From NCBI GenBank assembly GCA_046563655.1, contig CM102284.1:8618001-8682000 (forward strand): a stretch of DNA of 64,000 bases, in the 5' to 3' direction. The first letter of the stretch is position 1; every line of letters begins with the position of its first letter. The DNA comes from Yuukianura sp. NJ FZ-2021. Lineage: Eukaryota. The position numbers and the translations under genes were made by a program. Below the pieces are notes generated by a model. That model made no database searches. It had not been told where the DNA came from and saw only the letters and a list, made by a program, of their open reading frames with translations. Of this stretch, positions 27,712 to 40,508 are shown in pieces.

Positions 27712-30700
27712 TTAGACATGTCGAAAGAAGTCCGGGTTACGCTCTTTCATTTCTTCTTTTTTCTCGGCCTTCCGTTGATCCAACAATTTCTCCACTTCTG
27801 AAGCCTCTGTTGTTCTCAGTGACCCAACAGAAATTTCAACTGGCTCCTCTTTTTCCTAAGCAGCACAAATACAAGCAAAAGATTAGTGAAACAGTTGAAA
27901 AATAGTTGAACAAAATATTTGAACAGCATTGTAGTTAGCCACGTTGTCTAAGCTTACCTTCTTGTCCTTCGTCGGAGACTTTGATTTCTCCCTGGGTTTT
28001 ATTTCTGTTGACCTCGCCGGTGACCTTGATTTCCTTGTCGTTAGCCTTGAGCGAGAGGATGACCTGGAGCGTCTTCTTGACCTTGACAAGGACCGACTTC
28101 TGGAACGCGTCCTGGATCTCGAATGTGCGAATACATTTCTCATCCGACTTTGGAATCTTCCCCTCCTTCCTCTGGGCGGTGCAGTGAGGAAAACACGACG
28201 AACTCTGTCAGTGCGTTCCTTGGCTCCTCTTGCGAATCTTCCTCTCCATCCACCCCTGAATCTTCTGTGTGCTGATCTACTTCTGCTCCTTCGTCCATAA
28301 GAACGCGACCTCGATCGGGAACGCCCTCTGAAAACAAAACACACAAAATGGGTAAGTACTGCATTTTCAGCGTATTTTTTAGTAATTCATTTCGTCCCGC
28401 AGAAAATTCGGTATACTTTTGGAACCGAAAAACTGCGTTGGCTGTGATTTTTGTTGGACGAAACGGAGTTTTAAAACGAGAATATTTTTTTGAATATTTG
28501 GGTGATTTACCTATTGGAGTGTTTAAACGGACGTCGTCGTTGTTTGGGTGAGCGAGATCTGGACCTTGAAGAAGATCCAGATCTGGATGAATTTGTGCGA
28601 TAGTTTCTGTGTTGTTCCCTGCCTGGCTGGGTGGACCCTTGATGAAGGGGCTGAGGGACATACAGCGTCCCTTGAGGTGGTTGAATGGAAGATCCGAATG
28701 GAGGCGGAGGTTTGTCTTTGACTTTTCCATCCAGACGAGTCACTGTATAAGTAGGATTGGGGTCCCCGATCTTCCTCCACTTCGAGTCTCCTTCTCTCCC
28801 TTCCTTCTTCGTTCCTTCTTCAGTGATCCCAGGCGCCACTGGCACCAATGGCTGCGTCTGAGAACGAATCTTCATCTCAAATTTCGGCTTCACCTCTTCC
28901 GGTTGTCCAGGATTCAAAATTGTGCGAACACTAAAAAACAGAATGAATATTAATATTGGACGACAAGATTAGCAAATTGAAATGCATTCGAAAACGGCAA
29001 GTTGAAAATGAAAATTGGACTCACATGGTTTGAGAAGTATCGTTCAGAAAGTTTCCGTAGACGTCCGTCCTTAGTTCAATTTTTCCTGATGGAGGAATTC
29101 CGCCTTGCCTTGACTTGCTTCCATCCGAAGAAAAAGAAAGTCTGCGGAAAAGTAAAAAAAAAAACAGTCACAGTCAATAATTTTTTTTGGTGAAACGTCT
29201 GTAAACCTTACCTAAATTCCTTTAAAGATTCCTCGTCTGTCCTTGCATTTCGTGACGAAAAAGCGGAATCGCTGGTGGGTAAAACTCGTGTTACAATTGG
29301 TTCCTTGCGCTCCGATTTCTCCGTGTGCGAATCCAGCGGAAAACTCAAATCTCTTCTGACCACTTGAACAGTGGAGGGTGGATGCGGCTCTGCAACTTCC
29401 TTGATCTTCTCTTGCTCAACTTTGGAAAAATACGCACTCAGTTTAGCCTCCAAGTCTCCCAAGGCCTCAATTGAACTGTACACAAATCAACAATTTGAAA
29501 CAATTCTATCACAATTGGAGTTTTAAATCTTACGCCTTCTTCTTCTTTTTGGACTTTCGATCAGAATCTGAAGAAGAAGAGGAAGATGAAGACGAGGAGT
29601 CTGAAGAGTGTCGTTTCTTGCGACGTCGTTCCTTTTTCCGCTTTTTGTCAGACTCTGCAGAAGACTGGAGTTTAGTCGTGCCCCACCCTTGATCTTCTCT
29701 TGTTGGAATGATGTTCCCACTCCCTTCAGCCAATCGTCGGGAAAACGGACTCAGCGCTTGCGCTGATCCAACAGCAGGACTCTCCTCTTTTTTGGATTTC
29801 CTCTTCTTGCTTTTCCGCTTCTTCTTCTTCTTTCTCCCTTTTTCGTCTGAATCTGAAGACGAAGTACTTGAGTCTTTCCTCTTCCGACTTTTACTGTCAG
29901 AGTTCACTCCAGTGACAGGAGACTTCAAATCCGTAGATAGAAAAGTCTTAATTTTTTCCTTGAGGTCAATCACTCTGCCCCTCTGCAGGGGGTTCAATTT
30001 AGTAAAGTCCACTTTTTCATATCGAGAGTAGATGGCCCACAGAGCGTCTTTCGCTTCTTGATGATCTGGTCTCAGCGTCAAGCACTTTCCGTAGCTCCCC
30101 ACAGCTTCATCAGTCTTCCCCCCTTCCTCCTGCCTGCCAAATCAAAAAGAATGTCAAGTTAGAATCCTGAATTTTTGAATTTCCAAGTTGGAATCTTGAA
30201 TTTTTGAGTTTCCAAGTTGGAATTTTGAATTTCTGAACTTCCAAGTTCAAAAGTAAGCTTACTGTTTGCCGAGAGCCACGAGAGTTTCGGCCAAGTACTT
30301 GGTGGCGTTGTAGTGGTTGGGATTGTGCTTGAGTGCACTTTGGAAATCGTCAATTGCTTTGTCATATCCTCCTTTGTTTGCATATCTACAACAAAAGAAA
30401 GAGCATGAGAACACTAAATATTGTAAGTGCTTACTCTTATGTCAACTGATGGAAGCAGCAAGTTGTTCCTCTCCTTCGGCATACTTCATTAGTCTTTTGA
30501 GTGAATTCCATGATGAAGGAAAGACTTTAAATGAATGTTCGTCTGAGAGACAAGGATTAATCAACACCCCATCTTCACCAATTACTCAAAACAACAAATA
30601 GTTACTCACAGTGCACCTCGAGCCACGAGACCCTCTACGTTCTCAGCGTCAATCGAAAGGGCTTTGTTGAGGCACTGGAAAGCCTCTGTTAAATGCCCAC

Positions 30701-32369
30701 TTTTGAAATGGCGGATTCCTTCTGCCACGTTTCCATGCGCCCACTTCCCATTCTGCTGACGACGCAGGAAAGAGGCTGTTTCAGACTCTGGGAAGACTCC
30801 GCTGAGAAAAAAAGAAGATGGTGGAAAGTTGTTGAATTGAAAGTAAAGTGGAGATTACCGAAGTCCAGTCATCATCGTGTTCCGATTGTTCAGAATCCCC
30901 ATCTGAGAAGCCAAACAAGCGATTCCATTCGGATTATGGAATCCATGACTAGCATCCAGCAGTTCTTCGTAACTTCGTTCCAATTTTAGTTTTCGTTCTC
31001 TCGCTCCAATTCTGTAAACACAAACATAACACATTAAATTTGGATTAAATTAAAAAAAAAACAATGAAAAATGTAAAAAGTTTCATCAGTGTTATATTTT
31101 CCTACTTTTTTATATTTCTTAAACATGAAAGTTTTGGCTAGGCTTTCATGCCATATGAAAAATCATCAATTCTAAAATCGGTAAAAATGTGTCAAATGCA
31201 TGGACTGAATTATTTTAAATTTCAACTGGCGTTAAAGTAAAAATTTTAACTTCAAATTAAAAATGTAACTTTGTTCAATGAAAAATTGAAAGAAATTGGA
31301 ATAGAAAAAGACGTTGTGAAACGTACTTGTAAGGAGTTGGGTTGTCGCAGTCCAAAACCAATCCAAGTTGAGCCGAATGCTTCATTTCCATTGAAAGTGC
31401 ATTCCCCTTCATCCCCACCACAACTTTCTCCCCTTCCAGTTTAACTGACAGAATTTCCAGCCGAACGAGATCTCCAGGTCCAAATATTTTGTTTGGATTT
31501 GCAGGATGGATGGCAGGGATCATCTGACTCACAGGACAGTAGCCCTTGATGTCCAAGTCCTCCAGGAACAAAGACCGACTGCCCTCCATCGAAAGTAGAG
31601 TGAAGGAGAGCCCTGTGGCTGTTTTGGAACAAAGTTCACCCACAACTATCTCGCCTGGCTGAGCAGTCTGGAAACACAAACAGGATTTATTAATTCCGAT
31701 GATTCTGGAACTTTTCCGGAATAAATTGAATCTTACGTTGAAAAAGTGAGAGCGTCGAGCATCTACTTGGCTTTTGAGGAAAAAGTCCAATGAAGGCGTA
31801 ACTCCAAAGTGATCTGTCCAAGTCAGTTCAATTACCTAAGACTTTTCTTCAAGTGTTCCATTAAAATGTACCTTTGGTGTTGCCCTGAACCCCTCTCTCC
31901 AGAATTGGAATTTCGTCTGAACCCAGCGGCCGGAACAGCAAATCTCTCTTTCTGGACACAAATTCGTGCATTTTGGAACGTAGCAGGGCACGATCAGATC
32001 TAACAAAATCCACCATTAAGCGAAGTGAAGAAACTGTTGAGAATCTTTGGCCTCCACTAGCAACCTTAGTTTGTAAAACGTGTCACGATGGCCCAAAATC
32101 TTTCTTTCATCATGGAACCAACTTGGACATGGTCAGAATTGAGTTGAGTAAAAAGAGAAAAGAACTGACCCTGCGTCCAACTGGAGGACTGATGTTGTGA
32201 ACTCTGGAATTCGTGGAGATGGTGACGTGAGGAGTGACCCCCATCCCGATACGAGGCTAGTGCCAGAAGAACCACTTCCATATCCAGCGTATCCTTCACT
32301 CCCCCCATTCCCTTCACTTGCTCTGGCTGTTCTGTTCTTGAGAATTCCCTTCGGAGGGCCACTCGACAT
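27712..32369 (-). CDS. TTC14: Tetratricopeptide repeat protein 14 (S1-like domain, TPRs, long RS-rich tail)
   Basis: HEFVSRKRDLLF, S1-like region (GEIVVGE...LVRLEILSVKLEGEKVVVGMK), TPRs ([29 protein letters not shown]), RS-rich exons 27950-28900; start codon tentative. Confidence 0.88.
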
Positions 32370-33235
32370 GTTGGACTACTGCGGATACCACAAATAACAC
32401 TACCGTCAACTTCTCATTTCCAACAGAACAAATAAACTGAAGAGGGCTAACGTCGTCGCTTACCTCCAAGCCAAAACTTAGACGAGTAGAGTTGAGTGAT
32501 CCAGAACGTGATGACACGTAAACCAAACGTTCTGAAAGCTCACGATTGTTGACTGTGGATCCTTGAGCTCCGAATTCCAGTATTTCCTACACGCCGGAAT
32601 AACTTGTATCGATTCTTTCTTTGGAAAGGTCCTACGCGGCGTAGGCTACGCCTACCCTACCTAAAAACAAGTGTAAAAAAATACTTTAGAACACATTGAC
32701 CTTGTACAATTTTAGTCAATTACTTTCCCCACAACATTGCTTACCAATTTAATTGTTAAAACACTTATCGCTTTCACACCTCTAATTACTACAAACTAAT
32801 TAATTTAAATCAGTAACTAACATCGCTCACTTTTTTGATTGTTCACAAATTACTTTTTGGACTTGTGTTTGTCTAACAGTTCCTTGCACTTCCGCCCCAA
32901 AATACATACATGGGCACAACTAATAAAACAATTATTTAACATCTATACTCTTTTAAATTAATGACAAAGAAGCCAAGAAATTACAGCGTTATTTTTTGCC
33001 GTCGTTGCTGACTTTTGAATTCTATTTGTTTTTGGAATTCATTTTACTAAATATTTCAAGCTGATTTGTAAAAGAAGCTTCAGAATGGTGTTTTTAAATA
33101 GCGTTAAATCAGGAATTCGCTGATATAGCTACATACTCCTCCTGCTTCCTTTTAATGCAAACGTGTTTGAAATTTAAACAAATATTTGTGCATTTATATG
33201 TTTGTAAAACTTGTTGAATTTTTGCCTTGGATGTA

Positions 33236-34347
33236 TGAGGGGAGATCGACTGCTTTTCAACGCGATTTGCTGCAAGCTTTTTTTTTTTTAAAAAACACAA
33301 GTAAATTTCCTTGCAGAAAATCAAAGCGAACATTTTCTGCAACTTTTTTTCTTGCAGAAATCAAGACTTTGTTATAAGAAGCTTGCGGAAAATCGAGGAG
33401 CTGTTATAAAAAGCTTGCGAAGAATCGAGCCGCTGTTATAGGAAACTTGCGGAGAATCGAGACGTTGTTATAAATTATAATTCACTTTTAAGATTTTACG
33501 ACAGCTGAATTTTCCCAAGTTAGAATTCCTCGAAAAGTAAACGTAAAAGTTATATTTTGTCAAAAATTTTTGTCACGTCAAAAAGTTAGAGAACAGGTCA
33601 ATTTTTCACGAGACCAACATTTCAAGACGGTAGAGTACGCGTGAATCCTCGGCAAGGCAAATACATCCGAAACTTGAATTTCAGCTGAATTTTTCAAAAT
33701 TCCAATTCCTCAAAAAGTAAGTGTACAAGTGAATTTTTAAAAATTTGGTCACGTCAAAAAGTTAGAGAGCAGGTCAATTTTTGACGAGACCAACATTTCA
33801 ATACGGTAGAGTACGCGTGAATCCTCGGCAAGGCAAATAATTTAAAAGTTGAATTTCAGCTGAATTTTTCAAAATTCCAATTCCTCAAAAAGTAAGTGTA
33901 CAAGTGAATTTTTAAAAATTTGGTCACGTCAAAAAGTTAGAGAACAGGTCAATTTTTCACGAGACCAACATTTCAAGACGGTAGAGTACGCGTGAATCCT
34001 CGGCAAGGCAAATACATCCGAAACTTGAATTTCAGCTGAATTTTTCAAAATTCCAATTCCTCAAATTTTTCGCATGTTTCTTATAACAACGTCTCGATTT
34101 TCCGCAATCTTTTTGTAACAACGCATCGATTTTCCGCAAGCTTTTTATAACAACATCTGGATTTTCCGCATGTTTCTTATAACAACGGCTCGATTTTGCG
34201 CAAACTTCTTATAACAACGCCTCCGTTTTCTGCAAGAAAAAAGCTTGTAGAAAATGTTCGTCCCTATTTTCTGCAAGGAATTTTTGCTTGTGTTTTTTAA
34301 AAAAATCTTGCAGCAAATCGTATTGAAATGCAGTCGATCTCCCCTCA
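33236..34347. mobile_element. Foldback-like non-autonomous element with ~240-270 bp TIRs built of ~31-bp subrepeats, flanked by TA
   Basis: TA|TGAGGGGAGATCGACTGC ... GCAGTCGATCTCCCCTCA|TA; arms ~33236-33472 and ~34070-34347. Confidence 0.8.
33502..34065. repeat. ~176-bp tandem repeat (~3.2 copies) inside the foldback element
   Basis: CAGCTGAATT recurs at 33502, 33682, 33857 and 34033 with near-identical intervening sequence. Confidence 0.93.
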
Positions 34348-34623
34348 TATGGAAGACATGCTGTTCCCAAAATAGAGCAACAAATAAAAAAAATTTGCAA
34401 AATATTGCAACAATTTATTCAGTTTTTACTAAAAATTGAATAATTAAAAATATAGTTAAAGATAAAATAATTGATCCAAATCTTTTCCTGGTGGAAGGGT
34501 TCCCAGGATTGAGGCGGAGTTCCCTCTAAATAAAAAAAATATTTCTGTGATGTCTGTTTTTGGTGTGAGGTTAGGGTTTGCCGGCAGGATTTTTTGTCAA
34601 ACCAACGGAATTGGATGAGTTTG

Positions 34624-34800
34624 TTTGAATTTGGCGCTTAGAAATTGGTGAGAAAGGGGGGCATGAAGATGTGTATTGTTTTTGGTGTATAGCGACGAAA
34701 GTGCTATGTTTTGAAAGAAATTGACTACATTGCCTAGTGTTGCAGGAGACATAAACAAACCGTTGGCGCCTATTCTCCCCCTCTCCAGCCAATCAGAGCT
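34624..34800 (+). promoter_or_regulatory. Cell-cycle-type promoter motifs upstream of cyclin B3 (TTTGAA, TTTGGCGC, CCAAT box)
   Basis: TTTGAA 34624-34629 abutting TTTGGCGC 34630-34637; AGCCAATCAG at ~34787. Confidence 0.45.
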
Positions 34801-35020
34801 CAGCATCCGTTGACATTTTGGCCGTTGAAAACCCGCTATCCGCTCTCCAGTCAGTCACCAACTACGAGCGAAGGGACAGGGACCTCTCCCGCATTTTACG
34901 ACAAAGTGACTCCTAACCTCTGACCTCCAAATTATTCACAATCATACTCTTCAACTACACCAAAAATATCTTTATTCACAATCACGCAAGTGCTACTCTC
35001 AATTTTATCAAGGCACAATT

Positions 35021-36746
35021 ATGTTTGGGAACAACACAAGGTCAGACCGCGTTCTACGCGCCTCCACCACTAGCAAGAGGAAGGCTGAAGTGTCGCCAGT
35101 CAAAGGACCAAAACGATGTGCTCTGGGCGACATTTCAAACAAGGGCAAAGGAACCTTCCCCCTGGGGTAAGTCTTTACAAAGTACCCTCAAGCTCAATTC
35201 ATTTTCAAAAGTCAAATCAAGTCATTAATGTCGCTTTTCAATGTTTTAGGGCGACGAACGCAACGAAAAGGAAAGTGGAGCCAGTCAAAAAGTCCAAAGC
35301 AGCATGTGGGCCAGTGAAGAAGGGAGCCACAGCCAAGGTGGCTCCAGTGCCGAAGAGTGACATTGGCTCTTCTGATTCGTCAATTTCAGTGTCCTCTGGG
35401 TCATCCCCTGCAGATGGAAACAGTTCTCTCTACACAACTGCTGCAGAACTTTCAGACTTGGAAACTACTCTGTAAGCTCAACTTCAAACATTGACTATTT
35501 CATACATCGGAATTCAAATGTTTATGAATGATTCTATTTATGTCCATACCATGGTGGGACACAGGGTCTGCCGCAGTTTGGACCCTTGACCTTAATTCTC
35601 TTTTTGTCTTGTTTTTTTTAGTCCTTATGTTGAGAATGTGGAGGATGGGCCTGTTGAAAAGGCTCTTCCCGATGGAGTGATTGACTACGACAAGGAGTGT
35701 GGCGATGATCCATTTCAAGTGGGAGTTTATGCTGCTGATATTTTCGAATACTACAAAAGACGAGAGTTTCAATTCCCCGTGACAAAGTACTTGGGAATGC
35801 AAGAGGGACTCAACAAAAGCATGAGAAGCATTTTGGTAGACTGGCTGGTGGAAGTGCAGGTAAGATTTTTAATCCTACCTTTTTAACTCCGGGGGTTACT
35901 TAATCTCATTTTCTTTTGTTTTCCAGGAGAGTTTCGAGCTGAATCATGAAACTTTGTATTTGGCTGTCAAACTGGTCGACCTCTTCCTCGGAAAAGTGCA
36001 AATCAAACGAGACAAACTGCAACTGGTGGGAACAGCCGCTTTTTGGATTGCATCCAAGTTTGACGTAAGTTCTTATTCAAAATGGGGCGAAATGGAGTTG
36101 TTACCGAGGAGATTCCTCTGTACTAGGAACGCATGGCTCCTTCAATTGACGACTTTTGCTACGTATGCGACGACGCCTACTCCTTGGCAGCAATTTTGAA
36201 GATGGAGGCAACAATTTTAAAAACTCTGGACTACGACATTGGGATTCCACTGTCCTACAGATTCCTCAGAAGATACGCACGGGTACTTTTCTCTCACTTC
36301 TTCCTTTGTTTCTTGTATTTGACTTTGATTTTTGTTTTCAGTGTGCCAAGTTGGACATGGAGATGCTCACTCTCGCCCGCTACGTTCTGGAAATGTCTCT
36401 CATGGAATATGACTTTATAGATGTTCTGGACTCTATGATGGCAAGTGCCTCTTTGCTAGTTGCTCTGTCCACACACAACATCAAATCTCCCTGGACGCCC
36501 ACTCTGGTTCACTACAGTGGCTACACACTCACTGACATCTTAGACCTCGCCAATCGCCTTCTCAAAATGCTCAAAAACCCACCTAACCAAGTGAAAACCA
36601 TCAAAGCCAAGTACTCCAACAGGCAAGTGACAATCACTCTTCAACTAAATCACGCAAATTGTCTCCTAAAATGTCGCTTCTTGTCTTTTTCCAGCGTGTT
36701 TTTCGGCGTGGCAAAATTGGCGCTGCCGGATGAAATCAAAATGTGA
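35021..36746 (+). CDS. CCNB3: G2/mitotic cyclin B3
   Basis: D-box RCALGDISN; cyclin box [59 protein letters not shown]. Confidence 0.94.
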
Positions 36747-37291
36747 AGAATTAGCCCCATTTGCACCAACATCCATTGTGTTCTATGTTTTTAAACTCAT
36801 AACCCCCCTCTAAGGGGTCTCAAATATCCTAATTAAGGGCTCCCTTTGAACAAGAAGTGAAGGGACTATTTTTATATTTTATTCAAACCATCCACAAAGT
36901 GTCTACGCAAATACAATCCCTCTTCCTACTGGATGGATTCAGTGTTTGCAGAGTAATTAACTAATTACAATTAATTGCTAAGGTCGCGTGTTAATTAGGA
37001 TTCAGTCCAGACTTTGTACAGATTGAGGGCTGAGTGGATTTATTAGGACGTTGTGTCGATATTTAAATATGTGGACTTATTTTTACTCTTTTTCTATAGT
37101 ATAAATAAACCCAAGTGTAGCATAACCAAGGTCAAAGGTCATGAGTATTCCTTTATTGGCAGACACTTGATAAATACTTGGGAGGTGGCTGGGTGTGGGG
37201 TGAGCAAAACAACGGAAAGTGAAAACAACCAACAACTTAATCATTAGGCAACAACTAATTAGAGTCTTTTGGAGCTACTGGAGGTCAGAGG

Positions 37292-38118
37292 TCAATTCCC
37301 CACCCATTTCCCCACTTTGTCCACGAGCGTGTAGGTGCAGTCGGGGAAGAGCGTCTGGCAGTCCTCTTGCTTGTCCCCACTCACCATCGCATCTCGGTAC
37401 AAGTCCATGCTGCGCATGCGATTTCTAAAAACAAATCAATTAATTAAACTTTAGATTTAATTAAACTATTTAAATTTTAAAATTTAGTTGATTCCAAGGG
37501 CACCTGAAGAAGTTGGTGGCATAACCGAAGATTTTGTTTCTATTGGCAGCTCGCTCCATCTCACAAGCCACTCGCTTCCGACAGCCGTCGCCCGAGATCT
37601 TCATGACTGCGAATGTCGTGTCGACGTAGTCAATGGAGTTGAGCACTTTGGACATGAGTCCGCCGTCTTTGAAAGTGTCAAAGTAGGGCGAAGTGGACTT
37701 GGCGGAGCGACTCCACCCATGTCCACCGTCGTCACCATGCCCACCGCTCAGCAGTGGCGACAACAACAAGTACACGAGACCACCAAAAGCAGCGAGGACC
37801 AGCAAATTCAGAACAAGAGCCACCACATCCGCCAGGGCTGGATACTCCCCTGGAAACAGAGCACAGTGAGCCACATTCAATAGTGAGGAGAGAGGACTTA
37901 CCATGGCCATAGCTGGTGGCTCCCTGCTCGCCCCACCCACCTCCGCCGTACCCACCACCATGTCCATGTCCCTGCCCCACCGTGAGAACTTCTGGGTGAG
38001 AGTTGTAGGACCCAATGCCCAGATCTCGCTTTTCGTTCGGAGACGTTTTGGTTTTGGTGGCTGCAGAAGCGACGGCTGCTAGGAGCAGCGTCAGCATCAC
38101 AATCCTACTCATGTCCAC
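37292..38118 (-). CDS. Arthropod signal-peptide protein with Gly/His-rich region, hydrophobic segment and DM4/DM12-like Cys motif (3 coding exons)
   Basis: Signal peptide MSRIVMLTLLLAAVASA; CRKRVACE ... DCQTLFPDC; canonical introns 37852-37901 and ~37426-37503. Confidence 0.75.
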
Positions 38119-39593
38119 TGCAAAACAATTGACTTTAAGTGAGAGAAGGGAACCTTGGAGTGTGTGTGCGTGAGTGGAGCGATGTCGGTGGACTAGTGGG
38201 TCGAGAGTTGAGTGGTCACCGAGTGGACATGCTCTGGTGACCTTGTGGGTGTTTAATTGCTGCGGGGCAATTAAAGAACAGGGTCAGCGGGGGTGAAAGA
38301 CAACGGATCTCGAACCAGTCAAACCGGAAAGGTTGTGCCCTCAATCTCCCACCGAACCGCAACAGGTCACCCACTCACACACACACAAGGGGAAAGTGAG
38401 GAAGGCACTGCACTCTTTACCTCGTTTGACCTTGATTCCTGAGGAGACTACTGACGTGGGCACTGCGTTCCAACAGAATGGGGCCCTTGACCGTCCGCCC
38501 AATCACTTTTATATCAACACGTCCCCACTCTGCGCAAACGCCAACTGGGTGGGCAGCCATGGGGGGATGGCGACCAGCCACAGGTTCCCCCTTACAAACT
38601 TTACCTCAAAACCTTGATTTCAAAACAACCTCAATTCCACCATTCCCACCCAAATCCACTTTCACTACAACTTCCGCCAAATGCCCACCACCAAACTACT
38701 TTGCACAAACATTGTCAATTACAATTTACACAAGTTTTATTCATTTTTTACATAAGACTTAAGGGCCCTGAGTGGAGAGTCCTGCGGACAAGGTCTGGTC
38801 CACTAAACTTATTCCTTGTCATAAATTTAGGCTTAGGTGACTTCCCTTTCTCATTTTTTGTACATTGTGCGAAAAAGAAGAAGCCTTTGGCCATTTCCGG
38901 TCCTTAAGAATGTGGAGCAGAGAGGAAGAAAAGTGGAAGTTGAATGAATGGTGGAGTGAGAGTGGCTTAATTGGTTTGATCAAAGGAGGAGAGGAGGTCA
39001 AGTGAGTGACCTCGAATGGGAAACCATAATCCATTACTCCCACTTTCCCTTGCACTGCCCAGGGGTCACAGAGGTCACTGCACACACAACTGACCTTGTT
39101 GTGAAGGACCCACGAGCATCTTCGACCTGAGCCACTCCACTGCCCCATCACTCCATCAATCAACTAATTAAAAACTCTTCTCAACTTTTCAGAGCACAGA
39201 CTTTCATTTTTGAGGAAAGAGAGGAGGTCAATTAATTGGACTTTGGTCACTGAGTGTGGTGGGACGCTATGCCCCACCGCAAAAGAGGAGTGAAGTAACT
39301 CAATGTCAATGACCCTCAATTTCACTTGGTGTCTCTTGTAACTTGACAAATGAAAGTTAATGGAGCTGTGGAAGGAGGTCATGCCACAGAATCCAGTCAA
39401 ACCACACTTCCTTCCTTTCACAAAATGACTTATGAGTCCCCCCAGTGGAAGTGGCAGCATAATCCGCCTACATTCCACTCAAGGGAAAGAGGGCAACTCC
39501 GCTTTCCAATCTAACAGCTCAACTTGTAACTTAGAATGATCCTTATGTAATAAACTAACGTTCGTAGAACGTCGTCACTCCACACATATTGGA

Positions 39594-40339
39594 CTACATG
39601 AGTTTGGGTTTCTTGGAGTCTGGTTCTCCAGTTGAAGCTGGACTTGGGGTGGTGCGTAGTGGTGGTCCACTTGGTGTTTTGAAAACTGGATGAGAAGTTG
39701 TAGAAGTGATGGTGGTGCCACTGACGAGTGAAGGATAGCGTGAACTGGCGAGTAGTGTACTTCCAGCGATTGCTTTCCGGTAGAACTGGAGTTGGTAGTT
39801 GGGCTGGGTTAGACAGAAACGATCTGGAGGCAATCGTAGGCCAGACGTTGCTTTCAACAGAGGCAGAGGATTCTGGTTCTTGGTTTTGGCCAATTCCAGC
39901 AGCATCTGGAAATAGACAGATTCAGTATTCAATCTTTAAGTTAAGTTAAGCCTATGAACTCACATCTCTTGGTGGGACTGTTGAGTAGGTCTTCCCTCCG
40001 AGCACTTTGACTGCCAATTTGATGTCTTCGTTGTCAATGGACTTTTTCTTTCCATACAGAGAGTAGACTCTCGCCTCTTCCGCAACACCCGTCACGTAAC
40101 CTTACATAAGAAGAGTCATTAGAATGATTTTGTATTTTGGAGTGGATATTTCAAGATTTGGAGTAGTTACGGTAGACGAATTCGTGCATTTGTGCGAGGA
40201 TGCGAACGTCGAAGAGATTGATGCCCATTTCCCTGAGCATGGACTGCATGGCCAGTATGTCTCTCGGCACCATCTTCCCCGGTGGGGCTCCAATGCTCTG
40301 CACTCCGCTGCTCCCTCCAGTCCCACCTCCACTCGACAT
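39594..40339 (-). CDS. TAF9: TFIID subunit 9
   Basis: Histone fold [15 protein letters not shown]...[17 protein letters not shown]...[50 protein letters not shown]. Confidence 0.94.
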
Positions 40340-40508
40340 CTCACACGCCAACCAGTCAATCAACCCTCTATGATCACCAATTACCCAATGTCTCCTGCAA
40401 ATTAATCAATCAGCAAATCAACGATTAACACAAACTTAATAAATCAATCCACAGGAAACTAGAAATAACAAAACAAAATGTAAACAAAGAAATTAAATAA
40501 TTAAAACG

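Noticed and set aside
30510-30546. C box (ATGATGA) and D box (CTGA) pair suggesting a snoRNA
   Set aside because: Too short and on the strand opposite to the host gene.
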